This document shows positions 18,459 to 27,752 of a stretch of DNA of 64,000 nucleotides, in pieces (position 1 is the first letter of the stretch; every line of letters starts with the position of its first letter). Source of the stretch: Hyphomicrobiaceae bacterium (GTDB lineage Bacteria > Pseudomonadota > Alphaproteobacteria > Rhizobiales > Hyphomicrobiaceae); contig JAMXLN010000124.1 of the NCBI GenBank assembly GCA_024281145.1, positions 8,692 through 72,691 on the forward strand, in the 5' to 3' direction. Below the pieces are notes generated by a model. It ran no database searches. It saw only the letters and a program-made list of their open reading frames with translations, and was not told where the DNA came from. The translations under genes were made by a program, and so were the position numbers.

Positions 18459-20657
18459 GTGATCGATCTGAAATCTACTAGCAGGGATGTGTCCCGTCGG
18501 CGGTTCCTGATATCCAGCGCGGCCGCTGGTGGCGGTTTGGCACTGGGCCTGCGCCTGCCCGGCGTCCGCAATGCATTCGCGCAAAACGGCGCCGAAGGCC
18601 ATGAGGTGGGTGCGTGGGTGTTCATCAGGCCGAACGATGAGGTCGTCATCCGCATTGCGCGGTCGGAAATGGGTCAGGGGACCCTGACAGGTCTCGCTCA
18701 ACTTGTCGCCGAAGAACTCGACTGCGACTGGAAGAAGGTGAAAACCGAATACCCGACCCCGGGGCAGAATCTGGCGCGCAGTCGCGTCTGGGGAGACATG
18801 TCGACGGGTGGCAGTCGTGGCATTCGTGGGTCGCAAGAGTACGTCCGCAAGGGCGGCGCGGTAGCACGCGAAATGCTGATCCAAGCTGCGGCAAATCAGT
18901 GGAAGGTGCCCGCGGTCGAATGCAAAGCCGAGGCCGGCAGCATTACGCACACACCGACCGGGCGAAAGACGACCTACGGTAAGGTCGCTAACGCTGCTGC
19001 CCAGTTGGAACCGCCGAAGGACGTCAAGCTCAAGGATCCGAAAGACTGGAAAATCATCGGCAAGCCGCTCGCGCGGCTCGATACCGCCGACAAGTTAACG
19101 GGTAAGCAGGTCTACGCCATCGACGTCAAACTGCCGGGTATGCTGAACGCATCCATCATGGATGCTCCCGTGTTCGGCGCCAAGGTCAAGAGCTACGACG
19201 AAGCCAAGGCCAAGGCGATGCCGGGCGTGCGCCACGTCCTGAGGGTCGGAGAAACGGCTGTCGCCGTGGTCGCCGATACTTGGTGGCAGGCTAACCAAGC
19301 CCTCAAGGCCCTCAACATCGTCTGGGAGGAGAGCCCCAACGACAAGGTCTCAAGCGAGTCGATCCGCGAGCTGCTGCAGCAAGGTCTCGACGCCAAAGAG
19401 GGTGTCTTCATCGGAAACAAGGCCGGCGATGCACCCCAAGCGATTGGCAATGCTGCAAAGAAGATTGACGCCGTCTATTTCGCCCCCTTCGAGAACCATT
19501 TTACGATGGAGCCAATGAATTGCACGGCGCTCGTCACTGCGGATCGCTGTGAGGTGTGGGGGGCTACGCAGAACGCCGAAGGCGCCCTCGCAGCCGCAGC
19601 CGAGGCAGCAGGGTTGCATCCCTCCAAATGCGACGTTCATAAACTTCATCTTGGCGGGGGCTTTGGCCGTCGCGGCCGGCAAGACTACACGACCAAGGCC
19701 GTCCTGATTGCCAAACAGCTTCACGGCGTTCCGATCAAGCTGATCTGGAGTCGCGAAGAGGACATGCGTCAATGCAGCTACCGGCCGGTCGGTTTATGCA
19801 AGCTCTCGGCTGGTCTCGACGATAAAGGCGACCTCATCGGCCTGCACATGCGCATTGCGGCCCCGTCCATCCTGGCGAGCGCCGCGCCAAACCGGCTCGA
19901 TAGTGACGGACGAGACTCCGCCGCCTTTCAAGGTCTCAATCCCGTTGGAGCTGAGGCTCGCCTTGGCTATGCGATCCCTAATCTGCTCATCGAGCACGCC
20001 ATCCGCAATACGCATGTTCCCGTGGGCTTCTGGCGCGGCGTAAACACGAACCAAAACGCGATCTGGCTTGAGTCTTTTATTGATGAGGTGGCGCGCGCCG
20101 CAAGCAAAGACCCTCTGGAGTTTCGCCGCCAGCTTCTCGCAAACAGCCCAAAGCATCTTGCCGTGCTCAATGCCGTGGCGGATCGCATCGGCTGGGGTAC
20201 TCCGCCGGGCCCCGGAGTACACCGTGGCGTCGCCCAATTCATGGGATACGCGACCTATTGCGCAGGTGCGGCAGAGGTCTCGGTGAATGAGCGCGGCAAG
20301 CTCAAGGTTCATCGGGTCGTCATCGCGATCGACAGCGGCTACGCGGTGAACCCACAGCAAGTGGCCATGCAGACCGAGGGCTCGGTGGCTTTCGGCCTGG
20401 GCGCTATGCGCTACCAAGAATGCACCGTCAGTAACGGTCGAATGGTGCAGGAGAACTTGGATACCTATCCGATGGTGCTGATGGACGATTTCCCAAAAGT
20501 TGAAACCATCGTCATGCCGTCCGGCGGGTTCTGGGGCGGGGTCGGGGAGCCGACAATCAGCGTAGCGGCCCCCGCCGTGCTCAACGCAATCCACGCCGCC
20601 ACTGGTTCGCCCTTCCGCTCACTACCCCTGAAAAACGCGAGATTGCAGAAGGCCTGA
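18459..20657 (+). CDS. molybdopterin-binding large subunit (IorB / aldehyde dehydrogenase-like) with Tat signal
   Basis: SRRRFLISSAAAGGGLALGL twin-arginine signal directly after a GTG at 18459, with GAGGA 8 nt upstream. The protein is a long xanthine-dehydrogenase-family domain. Confidence 0.9.
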   Translation: MIDLKSTSRDVSRRRFLISSAAAGGGLALGLRLPGVRNAFAQNGAEGHEVGAWVFIRPNDEVVIRIARSEMGQGTLTGLAQLVAEELDCDWKKVKTEYPTPGQNLARSRVWGDMSTGGSRGIRGSQEYVRKGGAVAREMLIQAAANQWKVPAVECKAEAGSITHTPTGRKTTYGKVANAAAQLEPPKDVKLKDPKDWKIIGKPLARLDTADKLTGKQVYAIDVKLPGMLNASIMDAPVFGAKVKSYDEAKAKAMPGVRHVLRVGETAVAVVADTWWQANQALKALNIVWEESPNDKVSSESIRELLQQGLDAKEGVFIGNKAGDAPQAIGNAAKKIDAVYFAPFENHFTMEPMNCTALVTADRCEVWGATQNAEGALAAAAEAAGLHPSKCDVHKLHLGGGFGRRGRQDYTTKAVLIAKQLHGVPIKLIWSREEDMRQCSYRPVGLCKLSAGLDDKGDLIGLHMRIAAPSILASAAPNRLDSDGRDSAAFQGLNPVGAEARLGYAIPNLLIEHAIRNTHVPVGFWRGVNTNQNAIWLESFIDEVARAASKDPLEFRRQLLANSPKHLAVLNAVADRIGWGTPPGPGVHRGVAQFMGYATYCAGAAEVSVNERGKLKVHRVVIAIDSGYAVNPQQVAMQTEGSVAFGLGAMRYQECTVSNGRMVQENLDTYPMVLMDDFPKVETIVMPSGGFWGGVGEPTISVAAPAVLNAIHAATGSPFRSLPLKNARLQKA

Positions 20658-20706
20658 GGTCCCCTCTCCCACCGCTCGCTCTTCATGTGCTGCGCGAGTA
20701 AAATGA

Positions 20707-20740
20707 CCCCTCTTGCGGAGCGCATGCTCCGCAAGAGGGG
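20707..20740 (+). terminator. perfect 15-bp palindrome (cccctcttgcggagc gcat gctccgcaagagggg), likely terminator after the oxidoreductase genes
   Basis: Read directly from the sequence, 50 nt after the stop at 20657. There is no clear T-tract. Confidence 0.5.
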
Positions 20741-20949
20741 ACGAGCCAGCTTTGCTGGAGCGCAACACCGCATCCGCTTACCGCGCGGATCGGCGAGCCC
20801 GCGCGCCAGGTAATCTTCACGTCGGGACCGCCTAGGTCAGGATCGTTCGGTCGTCACGCGCATTTTTGAACGCGATGGTCTCAATACGCAGCCCTCCAGC
20901 GGCGGTTGATTGAGGGAGCTAAGCTGCAACTAAGTTGTGAGCACGGACA

Positions 20950-21606
20950 ATGCTGACGCTCTTTGGCAACGTCGAATCCGGCAACGTGCACAAAGTCCAG
21001 ATGGTCTTTTCTCGTCTCGGTCTGCCCTTCCGACGTGTTGACGTGCGCCAAGATCTAGGACAACCGCGCGATGCTCGTTTTCTCACGATCAACCCGATGG
21101 GCAAGGTACCGGCTGTACGGTTCCCGGATGGCGACGTTCTGAGCGACTCGGGCGCGATCCTCTTCTACTTTGCGCTCCAGACGCCGCTATGGCCGGAGCC
21201 GCGTCGGGATCAGGCCGAGGTACTGCGCTGGATGTTTTTCGAGCAATACAGCCACGAGCCCGCACTGGCGGTGCTCCGCTACTTAAAGCGCTTTACCCCT
21301 GATCCGGGTGCACACCAGTCTCGCATCGCCGATCTCGTGTCAAAGTCCACGTTCGCCTTGGGAGTGCTCGAAAAGCGTTTGGCGCAGGCGGAGTGGATTG
21401 CTGGGCCCGCGCCAACCATCGCTGACTATGCGCTCTATCCCTACACGCGTTGGATGAATGAGGTCGGATTCTCGCACGACGATTGGCCAGCCATCAGTCT
21501 CTGGATGAGGCGCGTTGAGAAGCTGCCGCGCTTCCTGCCTCTTTATACAGACGCCGCGAGGGAGGTCATCGCATTTGCCGACTACTTCGCCACGCCGCAG
21601 CTTTGA
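20950..21606 (+). CDS. glutathione S-transferase
   Basis: 218-aa ORF with a GST N-terminal thioredoxin-like fold (ESGNVHKV..., MGKVPAV) and a C-terminal helical domain. Confidence 0.85.
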   Translation: MLTLFGNVESGNVHKVQMVFSRLGLPFRRVDVRQDLGQPRDARFLTINPMGKVPAVRFPDGDVLSDSGAILFYFALQTPLWPEPRRDQAEVLRWMFFEQYSHEPALAVLRYLKRFTPDPGAHQSRIADLVSKSTFALGVLEKRLAQAEWIAGPAPTIADYALYPYTRWMNEVGFSHDDWPAISLWMRRVEKLPRFLPLYTDAAREVIAFADYFATPQL

Positions 21607-21669
21607 TCAAAATCCGCTCTCTCAGGAGCTGCATAGGATTAAGGGGCTTTGTGACGTACGGGCCGGGCC

Positions 21670-22395
21670 TCAGCCCGGTCCCGCGACGGATAGGCCCACC
21701 ACCTTGTGCCTGGCAATGAGGCGCGCAACCAGCCCGGATGCCTTGGCCTCCTCGACGAACGAGCGCAAGAACGCAGCTCCAGCCGCGTTCTGGCGCGCCG
21801 TACCGATAGCTTGTTGTACGGCAGTGAACTGGCCATCAAGGATACGCGCGCCGGGCAGTTTTTTGACATCGCTCAGCAGACGAGGCCGCAGGCCGGCCAG
21901 CGCGTCGAGCTTCTCGCGCACGAACTGGTCGTAGGCACTGTCCAGGGTGTCGGAGCGCACCAGCGTCGCCTTCTGGATGTTGCGATCGAGCCAGAGGCCG
22001 TAGGCGCTGCGACCGGTCACGGCAATGCGCACGCCGGGCTGGTCGACATCGGCAATGGCCTTGAGATGCGAACCCTCCGGCACCAGGTACGTCGCCTCGA
22101 TCTCACAGTAGGCCGCCGTAAAGGCTATCTTCGCGGCGCGCTGTGGCTCGGCCCCGATGAGCCCAATGTCCCACGCGCCGGTATCGGCCGCATCGGCGAG
22201 CTCGCCCGGCGACTTGTAGGGCACGTACTTGATGGGTACGCCGAGACGCATGGCGATCTCGCCAGCCATGTCGGGCGACACGCCCTCTGGATCGCCTGCT
22301 GTGCTGCGCCCGGTCACCAGCAAAAAATTCGACAGATTGATACCCGCGCGCAAGACGCCGGTTGGCGCCAGTTGAGAGACGACTTCCTGGGACAT
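21670..22395 (-). CDS. SBP_bac_3-type solute-binding domain protein (no signal peptide seen)
   Basis: GVLRAGINLSNFLLV ... WDIGLIGAEPQRA ... pattern of family-3 binding proteins. The N-terminus MSQEVVSQLAPTG is not hydrophobic. Confidence 0.7.
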   Translation of the reverse strand: MSQEVVSQLAPTGVLRAGINLSNFLLVTGRSTAGDPEGVSPDMAGEIAMRLGVPIKYVPYKSPGELADAADTGAWDIGLIGAEPQRAAKIAFTAAYCEIEATYLVPEGSHLKAIADVDQPGVRIAVTGRSAYGLWLDRNIQKATLVRSDTLDSAYDQFVREKLDALAGLRPRLLSDVKKLPGARILDGQFTAVQQAIGTARQNAAGAAFLRSFVEEAKASGLVARLIARHKVVGLSVAGPG

Positions 22396-22688
22396 CCGCG
22401 TGTGCTCCTGCTTGGCCGTGAACGCGCCTCGTCACCGGTCCTCGTGTGCCGATGCTCATGCCAGCTTATCGCCTGGGCCAAGGCGCGCAAGCGCGGGGCC
22501 ACCCGCTGCATCGAAGGAACAGGCGCCACCGCCCAACAATGACGGCCCGCCTTGGGTCCCTGCGCGATGGCACGCGAGCAGCCGTCGCGCCGCACTCCTC
22601 GCACCTCAGTGCTGGGGCACGACCAACCGAACTGGCAGCCGTTCGGGCAACACCTACCATGAACGACCAGATGTCGGCTGTTTGCGGC

Positions 22689-24041
22689 CTACCGCGCTAA
22701 CTTCCACGCCCCGACCGCTGGTCGGGGAAGCCCCAGGTTCTCGCGCAGCGTGGTGCCCTGATAGTCCTTGTGGAAGAGACCGCGCCGCTGTAGCTCGGGG
22801 ACCACGTGCCGCACGAAGTCGGCATAGGCACCAGGCACATGCGTCGCCGCCACCACGAAGCCATCGCAGCCTCGGGCCGTGAACATCTCCTCCATGTAGT
22901 CGGCAAGCTCCCTCGGACCGCCGACGATGGCGCTGTCCGTTTGCCCGCGGCCGCTGAAATTGATGAAGTCCCGCGCGCTCGGATTGGTCTTGCCGCTGCG
23001 CTTGAGCACGCCGTCGCGGATGCCCAGCATGCCCGTCATCCCCCGCAGTTCGGCGGTGGTGAACGGCTCGTCGATGCCCTTGGCTGCAAAATCGAAATTG
23101 AGCGCCTCGGCAAGCAGCGACAGCGCATCGATCTCGAGGGGCAGCTTGGCGATGAGGGCCATCTTGTCCTCGGCCTCAGCTTTCGTTGCCCCCACCACGG
23201 GCGTGAGGATGTTGCAGATGGAGATGTGATCGGCAACACGCCCGAGCCGCGCCGCCTCCTCCTTAACGGCTCGGTAAGCCTCACTGGCGATTTCGGTGTT
23301 GCGACCGGCTGCGAAGATCACTTCTCCCCAACGGCCGGCAAACTTCTGCCCGCGGCCGCTGGCACCGGCCTGGATGATCACGGGATGGCCCTGCCGAGAA
23401 CGCGGCACGGTAAACGGCCCACGCGACGTAAAGTATTGGCCTTTGTGGTCGAGCCTCGTGACCCGGCTCGGGTCGGCATACCGTCCGCTCTTCTTGTCGA
23501 GGATGATCGCGCCGTCATCCCACGTATCCCAGTGGCCGAGCACCACCTCCATGAACTCGTCGGCCTTGTCATAGCGCAGATCGTGCTGCAGGTGCTCCTC
23601 ACGGCCCATGTTCTGGGCCTCACCATCGTTGACAGAGGTCACGACGTTCCAAGCCGCGCGACCATCGGTCATCAAATCGAGGGTGGCGAAGCGGCGTGCC
23701 ACATCGAAAGGTTCGAAATAGGTCGTGGAACTGGTCGAGGCAAGGCCCAGCTTGCTCGTCACCGCGCCCATCGTCATGAGCACGATGAGCGGGTCCATCT
23801 TCGTGGCGCGAATACCGTATTCGACTGTGTGCGCATGATCGCTGCCATACCGATCCGGCATCGCCAGGCGGTCATCAAAGAAGGCTATGTGGAACTTGCC
23901 GGCTTCCAGGATGCGCGCGATCTCCTGGTAGTAGTCGGCCGAGTGGGCATCATCGCGCGATTGAGGATGTCGCCACGAGCATGGCAGGTTGGTGCAGTTC
24001 TGTGCCTGCAGGAACCCGACCAACACCATCTGCCGCGTCAT
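22689..24041 (-). CDS. LLM-class flavin-dependent monooxygenase, NtaA/SnaA/DszA family
   Basis: 450 aa, with N-terminal MTRQMVLVGFLQAQNCTNLPCSWRHP and family-typical length and motifs. Confidence 0.9.
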   Translation of the reverse strand: MTRQMVLVGFLQAQNCTNLPCSWRHPQSRDDAHSADYYQEIARILEAGKFHIAFFDDRLAMPDRYGSDHAHTVEYGIRATKMDPLIVLMTMGAVTSKLGLASTSSTTYFEPFDVARRFATLDLMTDGRAAWNVVTSVNDGEAQNMGREEHLQHDLRYDKADEFMEVVLGHWDTWDDGAIILDKKSGRYADPSRVTRLDHKGQYFTSRGPFTVPRSRQGHPVIIQAGASGRGQKFAGRWGEVIFAAGRNTEIASEAYRAVKEEAARLGRVADHISICNILTPVVGATKAEAEDKMALIAKLPLEIDALSLLAEALNFDFAAKGIDEPFTTAELRGMTGMLGIRDGVLKRSGKTNPSARDFINFSGRGQTDSAIVGGPRELADYMEEMFTARGCDGFVVAATHVPGAYADFVRHVVPELQRRGLFHKDYQGTTLRENLGLPRPAVGAWKLAR

Positions 24042-24241
24042 GCCTGTCTCCCTACGCGAGCTTTTAGCTCACTCTGCCCTGGAACAGGGCCCCAGATTCC
24101 AAAGGGGGGAATTGGACCCTTCTTCATGCGTGCGGCCTATTCCCGCCGCCCTACGACCCGCGTGCTCCGCTGGGAGCGGTCCGCTCGGAGCGCCTATCGT
24201 TCACAGGCCTGCGCGCCCTCTCCTCCCCGAGGGGAGGGGCT

Positions 24242-25294
24242 TCACGGCAATCCCAGTTCGGCGGCCAGCCCGTACTCGGCAGCGAGCTTGCGCAGCTTGT
24301 CCCAGGTGGCGTCCTCGACATCAATGCCGGACTTGCGTCGCTGTTGCTCGCGTAGGTGCTCAAGCTCGCCTGGATAGAACACGCCAGGGCTGCCCTCGGC
24401 AGGTGGCGTGGCCTTGAGGTAACGGGCGAACTCGGCGACCTCCTTCTTGAAGGCGGCGAGCGGGCGGAAAGCCGCAACGTTGAACACCGCCATGAAGCAT
24501 CCATCGTTGTGGCGCCCAGTTGGCTCGATGCCGAAACCGAGGCCGGTCAAGAGCCCGCAGAGCACCTCCACCATGGCGGCCAACCCGCTGCCCTTGTAGC
24601 CCTCGGTCCCCCCGAGCGGCAGCAGCGCGGCGCCCTTGCGCAGGCGGGTTGGGTCGGTGCACGGTTTGCCGTCCGTGTCGACCAGCCAACCTTGCGGGAT
24701 CTGCTCGCCGCGTGCGGCCGCAAGCATCACCTTGCCGGCCGCCACCGCCGAGGTCGCCATGTCGAGATAGAACGGGGCTTCAAGATCGGAGGGCACGGCA
24801 ATGGAAATCGGGTTGGTGCCAAGCCGCGCCTCGCGGCCGCCGAACGGCGCCACGGCCTTGGGTGAGCGCCCCGAATCGGCGGTGGCGAGGCCGATCATCC
24901 CCTCCTTCATGGCCATCAGCGGATAAGCCGCGAGCCGACCGACGTGGCTCTGCCGGAATACCGTGCAGGCAGCGACATTGGTCTTCTTAGCTTTCTCAAT
25001 GATGAGCTGCATCGCCTTCGCATTGACGTGGAACCCGAAGCCCCAATGACCGTCGATCACGGCGGTGGCGGGCGATTCCTGAACGACCTGCCACTGCGCT
25101 CCGGGCACGATATGGCCCACCTTGATGCGATCGATGTAGGTCGGGATCGCAATGATGCCGTGCGAGTCGTGGCCAGCCAAATTGGCGTTGATGCAGCCGA
25201 TGGCCACGGCATCGGCTTCCTCCTTAGATGCACCGGCGGCGCGCAGAAGGGCCGAGCCGATGTGCGTGAGGCGATCCGCTGGAACGACCGGCAT
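24242..25294 (-). CDS. Ldh_2 family (malate/L-lactate/sulfolactate-type) NAD(P)H-dependent oxidoreductase
   Basis: ...NLAGHDSHGIIAIPTYI... motif. The start is set at MPVVPADRL (ATG 25294), with GGAGGA upstream. Confidence 0.85.
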   Translation of the reverse strand: MPVVPADRLTHIGSALLRAAGASKEEADAVAIGCINANLAGHDSHGIIAIPTYIDRIKVGHIVPGAQWQVVQESPATAVIDGHWGFGFHVNAKAMQLIIEKAKKTNVAACTVFRQSHVGRLAAYPLMAMKEGMIGLATADSGRSPKAVAPFGGREARLGTNPISIAVPSDLEAPFYLDMATSAVAAGKVMLAAARGEQIPQGWLVDTDGKPCTDPTRLRKGAALLPLGGTEGYKGSGLAAMVEVLCGLLTGLGFGIEPTGRHNDGCFMAVFNVAAFRPLAAFKKEVAEFARYLKATPPAEGSPGVFYPGELEHLREQQRRKSGIDVEDATWDKLRKLAAEYGLAAELGLP

Positions 25295-25621
25295 TGCATC
25301 TCCTCCCGGTGGTGTGTGCGCCCCGAAAGATCGGTGGTATTCGCGCGGGCGCTGGCGAAGGGCGTCAAGGGCAAAGCATCGGGATATTTGGCAGCGCGTC
25401 CAGAGAAATTTCAGGCAAGCGCAGCGCAGCCATGCAACCGCTTTGACGCACCAAAGCGACGCTCGCGGCGCTGCGCGAACCGCAGGTGGCGCGCGGGCCA
25501 CGCGCGCGACAGATGCCGAAGGCGGCACCTCCTCAGGCGCGGTCATCTCCTGTAAACTGATTCTAGTGTTGTCTTGCGCCCATCAGGCTGCACCCCCTCG
25601 GGATATACAGGGAGAGCGACC

Positions 25622-25945
25622 ATGCGTGGCACGACCCTCTTGGCGCTCACGGCGAGCGCGGTAGCTCTCGGGCTCAGCTCGCCAGCTCCTGCCTGGGCCG
25701 AATGGCGCAACCCCGGGGGCGTCGGTATCTACACGCCAGCGGGGCCGGGACGGCATCGCCTTTATCACTATGATCCGCACTCCTGGTATTACAAGCCGCG
25801 GGGTTATTACCCCTACTATTACTCGGGCTATTGGGTGCCGCGGGCGCAAATGCGCTACCGCTATCGCTACGTCTACCGCGGACCACAATACCGGTATTAC
25901 CCAGCCTGGGGCTACGGCTTGGGCCCTTGCTGCCGCTGGTGGTGA
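25622..25945 (+). CDS. small secreted Tyr/Arg/Trp-rich protein (107 aa)
   Basis: GGAGAG RBS and signal peptide MRGTTLLALTASAVALGLSSPAPAWA. The 81-aa mature part has 19 Tyr, 11 Arg and 6 Trp, and ends in CCRWW. Confidence 0.6.
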   Translation: MRGTTLLALTASAVALGLSSPAPAWAEWRNPGGVGIYTPAGPGRHRLYHYDPHSWYYKPRGYYPYYYSGYWVPRAQMRYRYRYVYRGPQYRYYPAWGYGLGPCCRWW

Positions 25946-26183
25946 GACACCCTCGAGCGTCCTACCGCTGCTCGAGCTTAAGGGTTCCTTAGCCAATCCG
26001 AGCTTTCTTGGAAGCGCCGCGCTTGCGCGAGCTTCTCAGTCCGGACTGTGCGCCCCTGCCTCGCCTGTGCACCAGTTAGGGCGCGCCGAAGTGAACTGGG
26101 AACCGGAACAGCACCGTGAGAGGTGCAAGCTCGGACCCGCAGAGGTCAGCGGGCTTGTGGGATCTTGCTCTGCGAGTATCGCC

Positions 26184-26531
26184 ATGTGGACGAAGACTAG
26201 CCGCGCCCCTTGGGTGTTGGCGCTGATCCTGGGTCTCGGCGCCGCGGCGACCCCTCCCGCTGAGGCCGGTCGGGACGGCAGCGTGGCGGTCGGCGTGGCC
26301 GTCGGCACCGTGCTAGGGCTCGGCATTGCCGGGGCCTACGCCGGCCCGCGCGCCTATGACGGGCTGGGCTACCCCTCCGGCCCTGCCTATTACCGCTATT
26401 ATGGGCAGGGTTGCTATCCCGGACCGCGGCAGTGCCGGTGGGCTGAGCGCAGCTGCTGGCGCAATGCCTATGGGGAAATGGTCTGCCGCGGTGGGGAGTG
26501 GCGCTGCTGGCATCCGGCAATCTGCGATTGA
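26184..26531 (+). CDS. small exported protein with a glycine-zipper segment and a 6-Cys C-terminal domain (115 aa)
   Basis: Signal-like MWTKTSRAPWVLALILGLGAAATPPAEA, then VAVGVAVGTVLGLGIAGAYAG, then CYPGPRQCRWAERSCWRNAYGEMVCRGGEWRCWHPAIC. Confidence 0.55.
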   Translation: MWTKTSRAPWVLALILGLGAAATPPAEAGRDGSVAVGVAVGTVLGLGIAGAYAGPRAYDGLGYPSGPAYYRYYGQGCYPGPRQCRWAERSCWRNAYGEMVCRGGEWRCWHPAICD

Positions 26532-26548
26532 AGCCGCGCGCACCCAGC

Positions 26549-27346
26549 TCATCCTGATCCCGAGCGGGCGACGGCGGCCAGATGCAGCGCGATCGCCGCT
26601 GCATTGGACACGTTGATACTGCTCATGGGGCCTTCCGTTGCGATGCGACAGCGCCGATCGCACGTCTCGCGCGTGAGCTGACGCAATCCCCGGCCCTCGG
26701 CGCCAAGTACGAGCGCCATGCGGTCCGGCCAAGCGAGCGCTTCCAACCGATCGGGTGCATCGCCGTCGAGACCGATGATGGCGACGCTCAGCTCCTTGAG
26801 TTCCGTCAGGGCACGGGCGAGGTTCTGCACCAGCGCAACGGGCACGTGTTCGAGCGCACCGGAAGCGGATTTGGCGAGCGCGCCCGCGAGCGGGGGACTG
26901 TGCCGACGTGTCATCACCAGCCCCGCGGCGCCGAAGACCGCCGCGGAGCGCAAGATCGCCCCAACGTTGTGCGGATCGGTCACCTGGTCGAGCACGACGA
27001 TGGGCCGGCCGGCTCCGATCCGCGCCAAGTCCTCCAACGTGGGCTCCGGCAATGGCTCGATCTCGATCAGGGCTCCTTGATGGACCGTGTCGGTCCCCAG
27101 CCGCCGGTCAAGATCCTTTGGCAGCACGCGCTCATGGGCCAGGTGTCGAACCGCAAGGGCGTGCTCCAGGCGGTGCTCGGCGTTGTCCGTCAGGTAGAGC
27201 TTGGCGATCGCGCGGCGCGGATTGAGGAGTGCCGCCTCCACTGCATGAATCCCGAAGATCAGGCTGTCGCCCTGCTCTGGTGGCTCCCCGCGCCAGTGCG
27301 GAGCCCTTCGCGCGCGGGATGGTCCTCGATGCGGTGGATGTCGCAT
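26549..27346 (-). CDS. rlmB: TrmH/SpoU-family rRNA 2'-O-methyltransferase (RlmB-like)
   Basis: IFGIHAVEAALLNPRR N-terminal substrate-binding motif and a SpoU methylase C-terminus (...LDQVTDPHNVGAILRSA...SINVSNAAAIAL). The start is uncertain (27346 or 27424). Confidence 0.8.
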   Translation of the reverse strand: MRHPPHRGPSRARRAPHWRGEPPEQGDSLIFGIHAVEAALLNPRRAIAKLYLTDNAEHRLEHALAVRHLAHERVLPKDLDRRLGTDTVHQGALIEIEPLPEPTLEDLARIGAGRPIVVLDQVTDPHNVGAILRSAAVFGAAGLVMTRRHSPPLAGALAKSASGALEHVPVALVQNLARALTELKELSVAIIGLDGDAPDRLEALAWPDRMALVLGAEGRGLRQLTRETCDRRCRIATEGPMSSINVSNAAAIALHLAAVARSGSG

Positions 27347-27549
27347 TGCGGCTCCGGAGCATGGGTTTGACGGCCATGATATAAGGGGCAATCGGCCGTG
27401 CGGTCGATGGCGGTTGGCGCGCACGCAACATCCGCGGTCTTGACTTCGGTCGGAGCAGTCCGCATAAGACCCGGCACTGCCCCTGCTGGCGACAGCGGGG
27501 CGATTTTGTTTGGGCGCTGGCCCCGTTCTTCCCTCGTTGATCCCGTGTT

Positions 27550-27634
27550 GGAGGGGTGCCCGAGTGGCTAAAGGGGACGGACTGTAAATCCGTTGGCTTC
27601 GCCTACGCTGGTTCGAATCCAGCCCCCTCCACCA
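27550..27634 (+). tRNA. tRNA-Tyr (anticodon GTA), class II with long variable arm, CCA encoded
   Basis: Acceptor stem GGAGGGG/CCCCTCC, anticodon arm ACGGA-CTGTAAA-TCCGT, T-arm GGTTCGAATCC. Confidence 0.95.
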
Positions 27635-27752
27635 CCTCGCTCGAGGACGACTGGTCCCGCATCTCTTCGGGCGCTGCTGGGGGAAGGCACGGGTCTCAGC
27701 GGGATCGCAACGGCGATGGGACGCTGCCCCTCGGGCGCGATCGACCGCGGGC

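Noticed and set aside
22806-24377. A 523-aa plus-strand ORF overlapping the LLM monooxygenase and the end of the Ldh_2 gene.
   Set aside because: It is antisense to two genes with clear family signatures. Its translation is Arg/Gly/His/Pro-rich without motifs.
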